DNA from: Candidatus Latescibacterota bacterium
Lineage (GTDB): Bacteria > Latescibacterota > UBA2968 > UBA8231
DNA length: 64,000 bases
NCBI GenBank assembly: GCA_965248355.1
Contig: OZ252098.1
Span: 2,720,001 to 2,784,000 of the forward strand
Direction of reading: 5' to 3'
Below, piece after piece: positions 23,470 to 32,378 of this stretch; position 1 is the first letter of the stretch; every line of letters begins with the position of its first letter. The notes under the pieces are model-generated. The model was not told where the DNA came from, ran no database searches, and worked only from the letters and a program-made list of their open reading frames with translations. Made by a program: the position numbers and the translations under genes.

Positions 23470-23685
23470 ATGACCGAAACCGAGAGGCGCCGAGCGACCG
23501 AAACCGAGAGGCGCCGAGCGACGGCCCAGGCCCACAGTGACGGCCTGGCCGTCGAGTGTTCCGTCTGTGGCGCCCGCCCCGGCGCCCCGTGCGTGGCTAC
23601 CCGGTGGAGCGACAACGGCCGCCAGGTTCACCGCTTCCGCCGCTACGAGAACCATGCGCAGCGACTTCCCGGTTCCTTGCGATAA
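23470..23685 (+). CDS. Small phage-type zinc-finger protein
   Basis: CSVCGARPGAPC...H..R; purine-rich RBS upstream; 24-bp tandem duplication at the 5' end. Confidence 0.55.
   Translation: MTETERRRATETERRRATAQAHSDGLAVECSVCGARPGAPCVATRWSDNGRQVHRFRRYENHAQRLPGSLR
23472..23522 (+). repeat. Perfect 24-bp tandem repeat (GACCGAAACCGAGAGGCGCCGAGC x2)
   Basis: Read directly; encodes TETERRRA twice. Confidence 0.9.
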
Positions 23686-23717
23686 CGGCGACTATCGAGA
23701 CTGCGACGGCGGCGCCG

Positions 23718-24326
23718 TCAGTGCCCGCCGCAGGCGGATTCGTTCACGCGCAGGTACTCGACAACAAAGCGGTCCATGTGCTCGGACACGCCTTGCAGGA
23801 TGAAACTCGCGTCACCTCCGCCGTGCGTTCCGGCGGCCCCGGCGTGCCAGGTCTGAGCCCGCCCGACTATATCCAACGCCTCGTCATGCAGCCATTTGTT
23901 GTATCCGATGCCGATTGAGAACGCGGACCCTACAACGTTGACGTTGACATACAGGTCGTGGTCCGCTTCCGCGTCGTACAGCCGCGCGGCCCGCAACCGG
24001 CTTTCCGCCGCCGTCTGGATGCGTTCCCTCGTCAACCCGATCTCCTCCGCGTCTTCGGGCAGGAATTCAACGATCAGATCCAACGGCCGGCACGCGCTCC
24101 AGAGTTCGAAGCAGCCGCGGCTCGTAGATGGGTCGTCGGGGTCCACGCATGGACGCTGCCACTCGATCGTGCTCCGGACAGAGTTCAACAAGGCTTCCAA
24201 GCCGCCGGCGGGCGGCGGAACGGGCTTCTCGGCCGGGGGCGTCTCTCCGGCCAGCCGCCCGTCGAAGCAGAGCACAACCAAGAGGGCCCCAGCCCATACG
24301 AGAGCAAAGCGGATCTTGGTGGTCAT
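23718..24326 (-). CDS. Secreted hypothetical protein
   Basis: GGAGG RBS, N-terminal signal peptide, globular C-terminal domain with cysteines. Confidence 0.7.
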   Translation of the reverse strand: MTTKIRFALVWAGALLVVLCFDGRLAGETPPAEKPVPPPAGGLEALLNSVRSTIEWQRPCVDPDDPSTSRGCFELWSACRPLDLIVEFLPEDAEEIGLTRERIQTAAESRLRAARLYDAEADHDLYVNVNVVGSAFSIGIGYNKWLHDEALDIVGRAQTWHAGAAGTHGGGDASFILQGVSEHMDRFVVEYLRVNESACGGH

Positions 24327-24399
24327 TTCGGCCTCCGTTTCGTGGGGGGAGAGGCCGGGAAGGTTAAGGGCTCCGCCGTCTGACGGCCACGGTCAGGGT

Positions 24400-25404
24400 T
24401 CAGCTCAGGCCGGCCACGCCGCGGGCGTCGCCAAGGGGCATCCCGGCGGCCTGCAGGTCCTTCACCACGCGGGCGCGCTGCGCCAGGCTGTCCGGCGTCT
24501 CTATCTGGTTCCAGTCAAGGCGGACCTCGCGCTCCAGCTTCGCCTCCAGCTCTTCGCGGATGGCGTCCCCGATAGCCTCCAGGTGCAGCACCCGCCACCG
24601 GCGCGTTGTTTCCCGCGTGTTGCTGCCGGTGCTGCCGTGCACTAGCTCGGACAGAACCCCGCAGGCGGCCAACACGTCGGTCTGGACGGCCTCCCGCAGT
24701 GCTACCAGGGGCGCGGTAGGGGCCGGGCCCAGGTTTTCCAGTGGGTGGCCTCCGGTGCCCGTTTGCCCGCCGACTACATGCGGACTCACAATCACCATTC
24801 CGCCTTCCTCAAGGCGCTTCTGAAATTGCTCCATTTGCAGGCTTGTCAGGTCCGGCAGGCTCGCCACCTTGCCGACGGGGATACCGGCCTCGCGCTCCAG
24901 GGCCTTCTCGATCCGGCCGGCCAGGGCGGACGTGCCACTGGCGACGGCCCAGGGCGCGCGGCCTTTCCAGGGTTGCGAAGCGGCGGCGTTGAGGCGGACA
25001 TGTACGACACCTTCAGCGGGGTAGCGCCGGGTCACGGTCGCGGAGGGCGCCGTCAGCTCGGCCTTGTAATGCCACGTCTCGGGAACAGGGCCACCGGTCA
25101 CGTCCCAGGAAGCGGCCGGCAGCAACACGGGGCGGCCGGTGTCGGGGTCAATCTCGATGGCGGCCAGGAACTCGCCACGGTCAACGAGGCTGCGGCCGAT
25201 CAATCCCCGGAGGCTCGCGGGGAAAGCGAATCCCTGCGCCTCGATGGTCGCGGCCACCAGGGCGCGCTCGTACAGCAGGCCGGCAATCGATACCGCGGCT
25301 ACGGCGCCGGCGTCCACGGCCCGGGTCCCGGCGAGGGCCTCCAGCTCGGCGACTCGAAGGGTGGAGTATCCGGTAGCGGCTGCGCGCTGGCGGAAGGGCC
25401 ACAC
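24400..25404 (-). CDS. Phage portal protein (HK97-like, divergent)
   Basis: L.DRGEFLA.I, VVHVRL....PWKGRAP, VLAACGV..EL patterns; directly downstream of a prohead protease. Confidence 0.7.
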   Translation of the reverse strand: MWPFRQRAAATGYSTLRVAELEALAGTRAVDAGAVAAVSIAGLLYERALVAATIEAQGFAFPASLRGLIGRSLVDRGEFLAAIEIDPDTGRPVLLPAASWDVTGGPVPETWHYKAELTAPSATVTRRYPAEGVVHVRLNAAASQPWKGRAPWAVASGTSALAGRIEKALEREAGIPVGKVASLPDLTSLQMEQFQKRLEEGGMVIVSPHVVGGQTGTGGHPLENLGPAPTAPLVALREAVQTDVLAACGVLSELVHGSTGSNTRETTRRWRVLHLEAIGDAIREELEAKLEREVRLDWNQIETPDSLAQRARVVKDLQAAGMPLGDARGVAGLS

Positions 25405-25908
25405 TTACAGAATCTCCAGGGGCAGACCAACGTCCTCAGCAGGGCGTTGGTCGCGGGCCTCGACGGTCGCGGACGGGTAGGCCGGCCGATCCACTACGCC
25501 GATACCCACAAGCTCGGCGGCGGTCACGACCTCGACGCCTTGCGGGTCCATGTAGCCGTCCCGGACGTAGAACTCGGCAGACATGCCCCGAAGCACGCCA
25601 GCTTTCACCAGGGCCAGGGTGTCGTCGGCCTCGCGGGTCTGTGGCAAGGTGGCGCTCACCGTCAGGGCCTCGCCGCTGTCCCGCAGCTCCAGGCCGGCCC
25701 CGCTACGGGCCAGCGGGCGGGCGCGGTCGTGCTGGACGTTCAGGATGGCGTCCACGTTGGACAGATCCCCGAAGGCTCCCGGGTCGATCCGTTCCCCGCG
25801 GCCCGGGGCGACCTCGCCGTAGGCCACAAGGGTTCCCTCCAGGGTGCGGCCGTCGCCTTCCTGGCGCAGGGTCAGGGCCACATACCTGTAGCGTTTCTCT
25901 GGAGACAC
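25405..25908 (-). CDS. HK97-family prohead (capsid maturation) protease
   Basis: ERIDPGAF, QHD (catalytic His), G.LRGMSAEF (catalytic Ser), VVDRPAYPSA. Confidence 0.88.
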   Translation of the reverse strand: MSPEKRYRYVALTLRQEGDGRTLEGTLVAYGEVAPGRGERIDPGAFGDLSNVDAILNVQHDRARPLARSGAGLELRDSGEALTVSATLPQTREADDTLALVKAGVLRGMSAEFYVRDGYMDPQGVEVVTAAELVGIGVVDRPAYPSATVEARDQRPAEDVGLPLEIL

Positions 25909-25978
25909 GTCGTGTTCCCCCTTCTCTCGCAGTACGTTGAGGCCGGCCCAGGGGAGCGGTTCCCCCGGGCCTTCCTCA

Positions 25979-26080
25979 TCAGGCCAGTTTCAGGTCCCGC
26001 AGGGTGAAGCTCGCCGCGTCCACGACCTTGAAGGCGGCCAGCAAGGCCGCGGTCAGGTGTACTTGACCTTCGGCCGCTTG
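25979..26080 (-). pseudogene. C-terminal fragment of a probable major capsid gene, cut at the inverted repeat
   Basis: Reads QAAEGQVHLTAALLAAFKVVDAASFTLRDLKLA* with coding-like codon usage; followed by a hairpin, then the protease gene. Confidence 0.4.
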
Positions 26081-26194
26081 GGGGGTCCCCTCTCCAGGGT
26101 GGGCAATCTCGTGGGTAAGGACCCAACAACGGAGTCCTAAATCACAAGAAATCAATCATTTAGGGAATGTGTTCGAGTCCTCCTGGGTGCACCA
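26080..26194 (+). repeat. Right inverted-repeat copy / attR: arm repeats, IHF site and 24-bp tRNA core
   Basis: GTGGGCAA/GTGGGTAA tandem at ~26099-26118; AATCAATCATTTA (WATCAANNNNTTR) at 26150-26162; core at 26171-26194. Confidence 0.9.
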
Positions 26195-26278
26195 CTTTCG
26201 CCGCCGTACATGCAAGGGGTTGCGGGACACATCTTCTCTCGCAACCCCTTCGTCGTGACGGTCTTCCAAGGTGACCGC

Positions 26279-28198
26279 ATGCCCGCTGATCCCAACGAAT
26301 CCTCCCCCCCGCCGCTGACCGGCACCCCGCCCGAACGGCTGGTGCGGGACTTCGCGAGCCGGGGGATCGTCCTGCTGTCCCCCGAGAGCCTCGGCATCCC
26401 CCCCGAGATCCACCAGCGGATCTACGAGCAGGAGAAACAGGCCTCCCAGGCCGGGGAGCCCGTGACTCCGGCCAGCATCCCCGAGATCCTGGAGCTGCTC
26501 AACGCCCCGGGCCTCGTGCGGGCCTGCGACCGGCTCCTGGGCGAAAACTGGGCCGTCGTTCCCTTCAGCCACAACGCCACCTTCGCCAGCGGCGGGCGGG
26601 ACCAGCACTGGCACAAGGACGACAACGCGCCCTACAACGGCCGCAAGCTGCGCCACCACCAGGCGGTGCAGGTGGAGATGCTCTACTACCCGCAGGTCGT
26701 GGCTCCGGAGATGGGGCCCACGGCCACGGTGCCCTACTCCCACTACTGGACCTTTGACCACGAGGAGAACCACGACAACTTCGCCGGCGCCGATCACCTC
26801 GACTTCGACTACCACCTCAGCGGCATGGAGGGGCAGGCCGTGAGCGGCCCCGACTCCAAGTACGATCCCGAGGAGATCCGCCGGGGCCGCACCGCCCACG
26901 ACCGGCGCATGCGGGAGGCGGTGACCGACACGGGGTGGCCCCTGGTGCGGTCCTTCGAGGCGGCGCCGCTGGCGGCGGGCAGCGTCGTGCTCTACTCCCA
27001 CAACACCTTCCACCGAGGCAACCACCGCCGCGACGACTGGCGCACCTGGCCCGACCGGCCCCGCTTCATGTGGCGCTTCTGGCTCTACCGGACCACCGAC
27101 GCGCCTGCCGACTCGGACGGACCCGAGGTCGACTGGAGGGAGCCCGGCACCGACCCGATGACCGGCATCGATCTGTCCGGGGCGGACGACGATGTCACCG
27201 CTGTCTGGCGCTACCACCATCACTGGATGCGGACGGGGCGGCCGCCGCCGCCGCGGCCCGAAGCCGCCGCCCTTTCGCCGCCGGCGCGGGAGCGGGAGGC
27301 CGAGCTTCTGTTCGCGCGGCTGCACGCCCGGCACGAGGCCGCCGAGCCGGTCCGCGTCGGCGCCGCCTACCAGCTCGCCTCCATGGGGGACACGGCCCTG
27401 GCGGTGCGGCTTCTGGGCGAGGCCCTCCGCGATCACCGGGAGAGCGTGCGCCGGGCCGCCACCTACGGCCTGATCACGGTTGGAGAAGAGGCGGCCGGGG
27501 CCTTTCTCGAGGCCGCGGCTTCGCCCGTCAAGTGGGTCCGCAAGGCGGGAGTCCACGGCCTGGGCGACGCCGCCCCCCTCACCGGAGAGGTCCTGGAAGC
27601 CGTGACCGCGCGCCTCCACGAGGACCCGTCGGTGTACGTCCGCGCCGTCGCCGCCGGCGCCCTGGGCTGCCTCGGCCGCCGGGCCGCGGCCACGGGAACC
27701 GGTCGCGAGCGGATCCCGGACTGCTTCCGCGCCCTCCTGCGGAGCCTGGACCGGGAGGAGAACCGGCTGGCCATGGACCGGGCCCAGAACCGGAGCATCA
27801 AGATGGTGCGGCCCACCGACGACAGCGACATCTGCGAAGGCGGCGGCGTCGACTTCGGCCTGGAGCGGTTCGCGCCGGTGCGCTCCGCCGTGCGCGAGAA
27901 CGCCCTGTGGTCGATGGTCATCCTCTGCTCCCACGGGGCCGCCGCCGCGGGCGACGCCCTGGAGCCGGCGATCCGGACCCTGAAGGAGGTGGTCCGGACC
28001 GACGAGAACGTCATCTCCTTGGGCTACGCCATGGACGCCCTGGGCCGCCTCGCCCACCTGGGTCCGCAGGATCCGGCGGAGGCGGAGATCCCGGCCCTCG
28101 CCGATCTGAGGGCGGAGTTGCGGGCCGTCCTCGACCAGTCTCCCGTGCACTGCTGGGAGTCCCTGGTGCGAGGCGGGCTGAGCTTTACGCCGGACTGA
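26279..28198 (+). CDS. PhyH-family 2OG-Fe(II) dioxygenase fused to HEAT repeats
   Basis: QHWHKD, GPTATVPYSH, FHRG; C-terminal HEAT-like repeats (SVRRAATYGL, WVRKAGVHGLG, YVRAVAAGALG). Confidence 0.75.
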   Translation: MPADPNESSPPPLTGTPPERLVRDFASRGIVLLSPESLGIPPEIHQRIYEQEKQASQAGEPVTPASIPEILELLNAPGLVRACDRLLGENWAVVPFSHNATFASGGRDQHWHKDDNAPYNGRKLRHHQAVQVEMLYYPQVVAPEMGPTATVPYSHYWTFDHEENHDNFAGADHLDFDYHLSGMEGQAVSGPDSKYDPEEIRRGRTAHDRRMREAVTDTGWPLVRSFEAAPLAAGSVVLYSHNTFHRGNHRRDDWRTWPDRPRFMWRFWLYRTTDAPADSDGPEVDWREPGTDPMTGIDLSGADDDVTAVWRYHHHWMRTGRPPPPRPEAAALSPPAREREAELLFARLHARHEAAEPVRVGAAYQLASMGDTALAVRLLGEALRDHRESVRRAATYGLITVGEEAAGAFLEAAASPVKWVRKAGVHGLGDAAPLTGEVLEAVTARLHEDPSVYVRAVAAGALGCLGRRAAATGTGRERIPDCFRALLRSLDREENRLAMDRAQNRSIKMVRPTDDSDICEGGGVDFGLERFAPVRSAVRENALWSMVILCSHGAAAAGDALEPAIRTLKEVVRTDENVISLGYAMDALGRLAHLGPQDPAEAEIPALADLRAELRAVLDQSPVHCWESLVRGGLSFTPD

Positions 28199-28240
28199 TC
28201 CGAGGAGGGCCGCCGCGGCCATCACCAGGAAGGGACGCCG

Positions 28241-29296
28241 ATGCCCATCGATCTGCTGACGACGGACCAGATCTCCCGCTTTAAGCGGGATGGATACCTG
28301 GTCCTGCCGGGCGTGCTCGACCCGCGGCTCTGCCGCCGGGCGCGGGACCAGATGTGGGAGGTCGCCGGGGAGCACCTGCCGCGCATGAAGCGGGACGATC
28401 CGGCCACCTGGGGCCCGGTCACCGAGGAGGAGAACGCCCGCCTGGCGGAGGGCCGGCCCGAGGGAGGCGGAGATCCCTACTTCAGCGGCAGCGGCCACCG
28501 GTTCTATGTGCGCAACGGCGCCGAGGAGCTGCTCCTCGACCTGGCGCCCCGGGCGTTGTGGCAGGTGGCCGAGCAGCTACTCGGACAGGGCACGGTGGTG
28601 TGGCCCGCCGGGCTTGACGCCTCGGGCGGTGCCACGGGCCCCGCCTTCATGTGCGACGACGCCGTGGGCGGGCTGGTCTCCCACGTGGGCCACGCCATGG
28701 GCTATCCGCCGGAGGGGACCTTCCGCACCGAGCCGGCCCTGCGGCTGCCCGCCAGCGGCCCGGTGTGGCTCAACGGACAGGGCACGCGCGGACTCTACTG
28801 CACCCTGCCCGGCAGCCCGCCCCAGGCGCCCGGGTACCCGGGGGCCCATTCCGACGGCGCCTGTTACGGCCGCTTCCGGGTGCAGGTGTCGGCCTACATC
28901 GACGACCTGCCCCCCGGCTGCGGCGGCTTCACCGTGTGGCCCGGCAGCCACGCCAGGATCTGGACGGAGCAGTGGGAGGCCTTCCGCGGCGGCGAGAAGC
29001 ACACCGACAAGAGCCGGGCCGTGCGCCGCGCCGGCGGCTACAGCGACCCGGTCATCACGCGGATCAAGGACGACACCGAGCCCGTCGACTGCCACGGCCC
29101 GGCGGGCACCGTGGTCCTGTGGCACACCAAGATCCTGCACATGGCGGGCCTCAACACCTCCACCGACGTCATCCGCCAGGCGACGATCTACGGGTTCCTC
29201 AAGACGCCGGCCGCCGTGCCCGACCCGCTGGTGGTGGACGCCACGGACGGCGGCATCTGGCGGGACTGGTCGGCCGAGGTGCGCGGCGCCGCCTAG
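28241..29296 (+). CDS. Phytanoyl-CoA dioxygenase (PhyH) family protein
   Basis: FKRDGYLVLPGV, AHSD, GGFTVWPGSH, LWHTKILH. Confidence 0.85.
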   Translation: MPIDLLTTDQISRFKRDGYLVLPGVLDPRLCRRARDQMWEVAGEHLPRMKRDDPATWGPVTEEENARLAEGRPEGGGDPYFSGSGHRFYVRNGAEELLLDLAPRALWQVAEQLLGQGTVVWPAGLDASGGATGPAFMCDDAVGGLVSHVGHAMGYPPEGTFRTEPALRLPASGPVWLNGQGTRGLYCTLPGSPPQAPGYPGAHSDGACYGRFRVQVSAYIDDLPPGCGGFTVWPGSHARIWTEQWEAFRGGEKHTDKSRAVRRAGGYSDPVITRIKDDTEPVDCHGPAGTVVLWHTKILHMAGLNTSTDVIRQATIYGFLKTPAAVPDPLVVDATDGGIWRDWSAEVRGAA

Positions 29297-29306
29297 CCGG
29301 CGGACC

Positions 29307-30083
29307 TCACTCGGCGGCGGCCTCGTCCACCCCCGGCAGCAGGGCGTACCGCACCCAGCCGAACTCGGGATCGATCTCCAGGGCCTTCTCGAAGGCGGCC
29401 CTCGCCGGCTCGCGCTCGTCCCGGTCGAGGTGGGCCAGACCGATCCAGGCGTAGACCTCGCCGTGCCCCCACACCGGCTGCAGGGGATCGGCCGGCATCT
29501 GCCCGGCGAAGAGCGCGGCGGCCCTCCGGAACCCCTCCATGGCCCTCTCCTTGTTCCCGCCGAACATGCGGGGGGTGTTGAAGTCGGCCAGGGCCGCGGC
29601 CAGCACCACGCGGGGGTTGTCCGGAGCGAGCCGTTCGGCCTTCTCGAGGGCTCGTTTCGCCCTGGGGCCCAGGACGATGCCCTTCACGGGACTCAGCCCC
29701 ATCTGCCGCCCGTAGACGCTGTTGAGCAGCGCGTAGGCCTCGGCCGCATCCGCGTCGAGTTTGATGACCTGCTTCAGGTTCTTCACCGCGCTGTCCAGGT
29801 GCGACGAGGCCCGGTCCTTCGAGGCCTTGTCCCGGGCGAGGAGGTGGTTGGCAATGCGGTAGTCGGCCAGGGCCGCGTAGTAGTGGCCCCAGGCGGCCCG
29901 CCGGGTGTCGGAGGAGGCTCGCTCGAAGGCCGCCCGGGCGGTCATCAGGAGGTCCAGATCTCCTCGATTCATCCCCGCCCGCAGGTCCGCCCTTCCCATG
30001 GCGATCAGGCTGTCGGCGGGCTGGGAGAGGCACGCGGCCGGCAGAGAAAGGGCGAGGGCGAGCAGCAGCGGAAGGTGTCTCAT
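29307..30083 (-). CDS. Exported TPR protein
   Basis: Start MRHLPLLLALAL at 30083 (signal peptide); TPRs; 'LAPDNPR...TPRMFGGNK'. Confidence 0.8.
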   Translation of the reverse strand: MRHLPLLLALALSLPAACLSQPADSLIAMGRADLRAGMNRGDLDLLMTARAAFERASSDTRRAAWGHYYAALADYRIANHLLARDKASKDRASSHLDSAVKNLKQVIKLDADAAEAYALLNSVYGRQMGLSPVKGIVLGPRAKRALEKAERLAPDNPRVVLAAALADFNTPRMFGGNKERAMEGFRRAAALFAGQMPADPLQPVWGHGEVYAWIGLAHLDRDEREPARAAFEKALEIDPEFGWVRYALLPGVDEAAAE

Positions 30084-30100
30084 GGCATTCCTCCGGTCGA

Positions 30101-32371
30101 TCAACGGTTGAAGGTGACAAGGACGCCGAAGTAGACGGATCGTCGGAAGCGGGTGGTCCGCGGCCGGCGCTCGCTGTAGTCGAGGCTGTAGTCGTAGTCG
30201 AGGACGTTGGCGCGGTTGAGCAGGTTGCTCACGGCGAGGAAGAACACGGCCTGGTGTCCCGTCCCGAAGGGCCGCAGGTAGCTCAGGCTCCCGTCCAGCC
30301 GCCGGAAGGCGGGCAGGCGCTCCGAGCCGACGGGGCCCTGCACCGGCAGGTAGTAGCCTCCCCCCTCCGCCGGCACCGCATCGATCACCGGGGTCACCGG
30401 ACGGCCGGAGGCGTGCTTCAGGGTGAGACCGCCGCTGAGGCCGCCCGCCAGCCGCACCTTCCCCACCAGCGTCAGGTTGTGGGTGATGTCGAAGGGCGAA
30501 GGGGCCTGCTCGTAGCGCACCTCCCGGCCCAGGTGCCGCGGCTGCAGCCGCCGCGATTTCAGCAGGCTGTACGCCGCCCAGCCGCTCAGGCGGGTCCGCA
30601 GGAAGCCGCCGCGCTTGAGGAACAGGTCCAGCCCGGAGGCCCGGCCGCTGCCGCCGTTGGTGTGGTTGAGACGGGGGTCGTGGAGCACCAGGTCGCGGTA
30701 GGGCTTGTGATAGGCCTCCACCCGCATCATCAGCTCCCGGCGCTCGTGGGTCAGGCCCGCGACCCAGTGCTGGGCCCGCTGGGGTCCCAGGTCCGGGTTG
30801 CCGCTCGCGGGGTTGTACTCCGGGGGAGAGGGGAACTGGTGGTAGATCCCCCAGCCCAGGCGCAGGTCCGTGCCGGGCGTGAAGGACCAGCGCGCGGAGA
30901 GACGCGGGTCGACGACCAGGCGGCCGGCCCGATCGTGGTGATCGGCGCGGACCCCGGCATTGACGGCGACGGCGTGGGCGGGCTTGAGATCGACCTCGAC
31001 GTAGGCGCCGGTGCGCCGGGCGCGGTAGGTGTGGTCCAGCTCGAAGACCTCGGCCTCCGGATCGAGGATGTCTCCCCGCTTGGGAACCGTGCCCCGGAAG
31101 CGGTTGTCCATCCGCTCCATCTCGCCGCCGAAGCGCAGCCAGGCCCGGTCGCCGAGGGCGCCCTCCAGATCGGCCCGGAGCTTGGTGGTGAGGTCGGCGG
31201 GCTCCAGGTCGAGGTTGCCCAGCTGCCGGCGCGCCTCGTAGCGGTTGAGGGAGGCGCTGCTGCGGATGAGCCAGCCGTCGTGGACGTGGGTCCACTGCAG
31301 GTTGTGGAGCCCGCTGGAGGTGCGGTTCCGGTAGAAGCCTTCGAAGGAGGGTTCCTCGACGCGCACGCCCAGGCGGTCGCCGGTGGCGAAGCTGAAGAGC
31401 TTGAGACGTCCCACGGGGGAGTACTGGTAGACGAGGTTGAGGTTGCCGTCGTGGGACCGGGGATAGGTCTCGAAGGCGCCCCCGTGACCGTTGACGCGGA
31501 AGAGGAGATCGGTGAGGCTGAGGTTGCCCGAGAGACGCAGGCCGAGGACGGCGGGAACGACCGGCGCGTCGACCCCCAGGGAGAGGGCCGCCAGGCCGAG
31601 GTTGAGGGTGGAGCGGCGCTGGGCGGGCCGGTCCTGGCTCTCCATGGCCAGCACCGCCGAGAGGGCGTTGCCATAGCGGGCCGGGAAGCCGCCCGTGGAG
31701 AACACGGTCCCCTTCGTCATGAAGGGGGGGATCGTGCCGAAGACGCCTCCGGTGGGCGACTCGTGCCGGTAGGGATGGACGACGGTGGCCTGGTCGAGCA
31801 GGACCAGGGTCTCGCTCACGTCGCCGCCGCGCACGAAGAGGCCGGCGCCGTCGTCCACCATGGCGGCGCCGGGGAAGGTCTTGAGAGCCCGGAAGACGTC
31901 GGCGGCGGCCCCGGGCGTGGTGACCACGTCCAGGGGGGAGAGGGTGACGGTCTCCTGCTCCCCGGTGGACCAGGTGCTGGCCGTGACCGCGGTCTCTCCG
32001 AGCTCGATGAGGACCCGTCGCAGCACCAGGCGGACGACGGCGGTATCCCCCGGGGCCAGGTGCAGGGTGCGCCGCGCCGGCTCATAGCCGATGAAGGAGG
32101 CGAGGAGCTGGCCCTCGCCCAGGTGCCGGGTGGCGAAGCCGAAACGGCCGTCCCGCCCGGTGGCGGCGCCGTCGGTGGTGCCGGCGATCTGCACGTTGGC
32201 GAAGGCGACGGGCTCTCCCGCTCCGTCCACGACCTCTCCCTGCACGACGGCCAGGTCCTGGGCGTGGACGGCGGCGGCGAGGCAGGCTCCGCCGAGGAGG
32301 GCGGTGAGCAGCCGGGGCGAGTGGCTTCTCTCCCCCGGAGACCGAGGCACCGCCTTCCCTCCCTGCATCAT
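30101..32371 (-). CDS. TonB-dependent receptor with N-terminal carboxypeptidase-regulatory-like domain
   Basis: GEPVAFANV, ASFIGY, plug motif LFVRGG, GGFPARYGNALS, beta-barrel ending in F. Confidence 0.9.
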   Translation of the reverse strand: MMQGGKAVPRSPGERSHSPRLLTALLGGACLAAAVHAQDLAVVQGEVVDGAGEPVAFANVQIAGTTDGAATGRDGRFGFATRHLGEGQLLASFIGYEPARRTLHLAPGDTAVVRLVLRRVLIELGETAVTASTWSTGEQETVTLSPLDVVTTPGAAADVFRALKTFPGAAMVDDGAGLFVRGGDVSETLVLLDQATVVHPYRHESPTGGVFGTIPPFMTKGTVFSTGGFPARYGNALSAVLAMESQDRPAQRRSTLNLGLAALSLGVDAPVVPAVLGLRLSGNLSLTDLLFRVNGHGGAFETYPRSHDGNLNLVYQYSPVGRLKLFSFATGDRLGVRVEEPSFEGFYRNRTSSGLHNLQWTHVHDGWLIRSSASLNRYEARRQLGNLDLEPADLTTKLRADLEGALGDRAWLRFGGEMERMDNRFRGTVPKRGDILDPEAEVFELDHTYRARRTGAYVEVDLKPAHAVAVNAGVRADHHDRAGRLVVDPRLSARWSFTPGTDLRLGWGIYHQFPSPPEYNPASGNPDLGPQRAQHWVAGLTHERRELMMRVEAYHKPYRDLVLHDPRLNHTNGGSGRASGLDLFLKRGGFLRTRLSGWAAYSLLKSRRLQPRHLGREVRYEQAPSPFDITHNLTLVGKVRLAGGLSGGLTLKHASGRPVTPVIDAVPAEGGGYYLPVQGPVGSERLPAFRRLDGSLSYLRPFGTGHQAVFFLAVSNLLNRANVLDYDYSLDYSERRPRTTRFRRSVYFGVLVTFNR

Positions 32372-32378
32372 CAGAGCC

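Noticed and set aside
23472..23522. 24-bp repeat as a CRISPR array
   Set aside because: Two adjacent copies with no spacer and no cas genes; no CRISPR array was seen in the window.
23063..26188. Classical IS or composite transposon
   Set aside because: No transposase inside, no target-site duplication seen, and the repeats contain tRNA core sequence.
26171..26194. Second tRNA gene
   Set aside because: Only the T-loop-to-CCA 24 bp is present; it is an att duplication.
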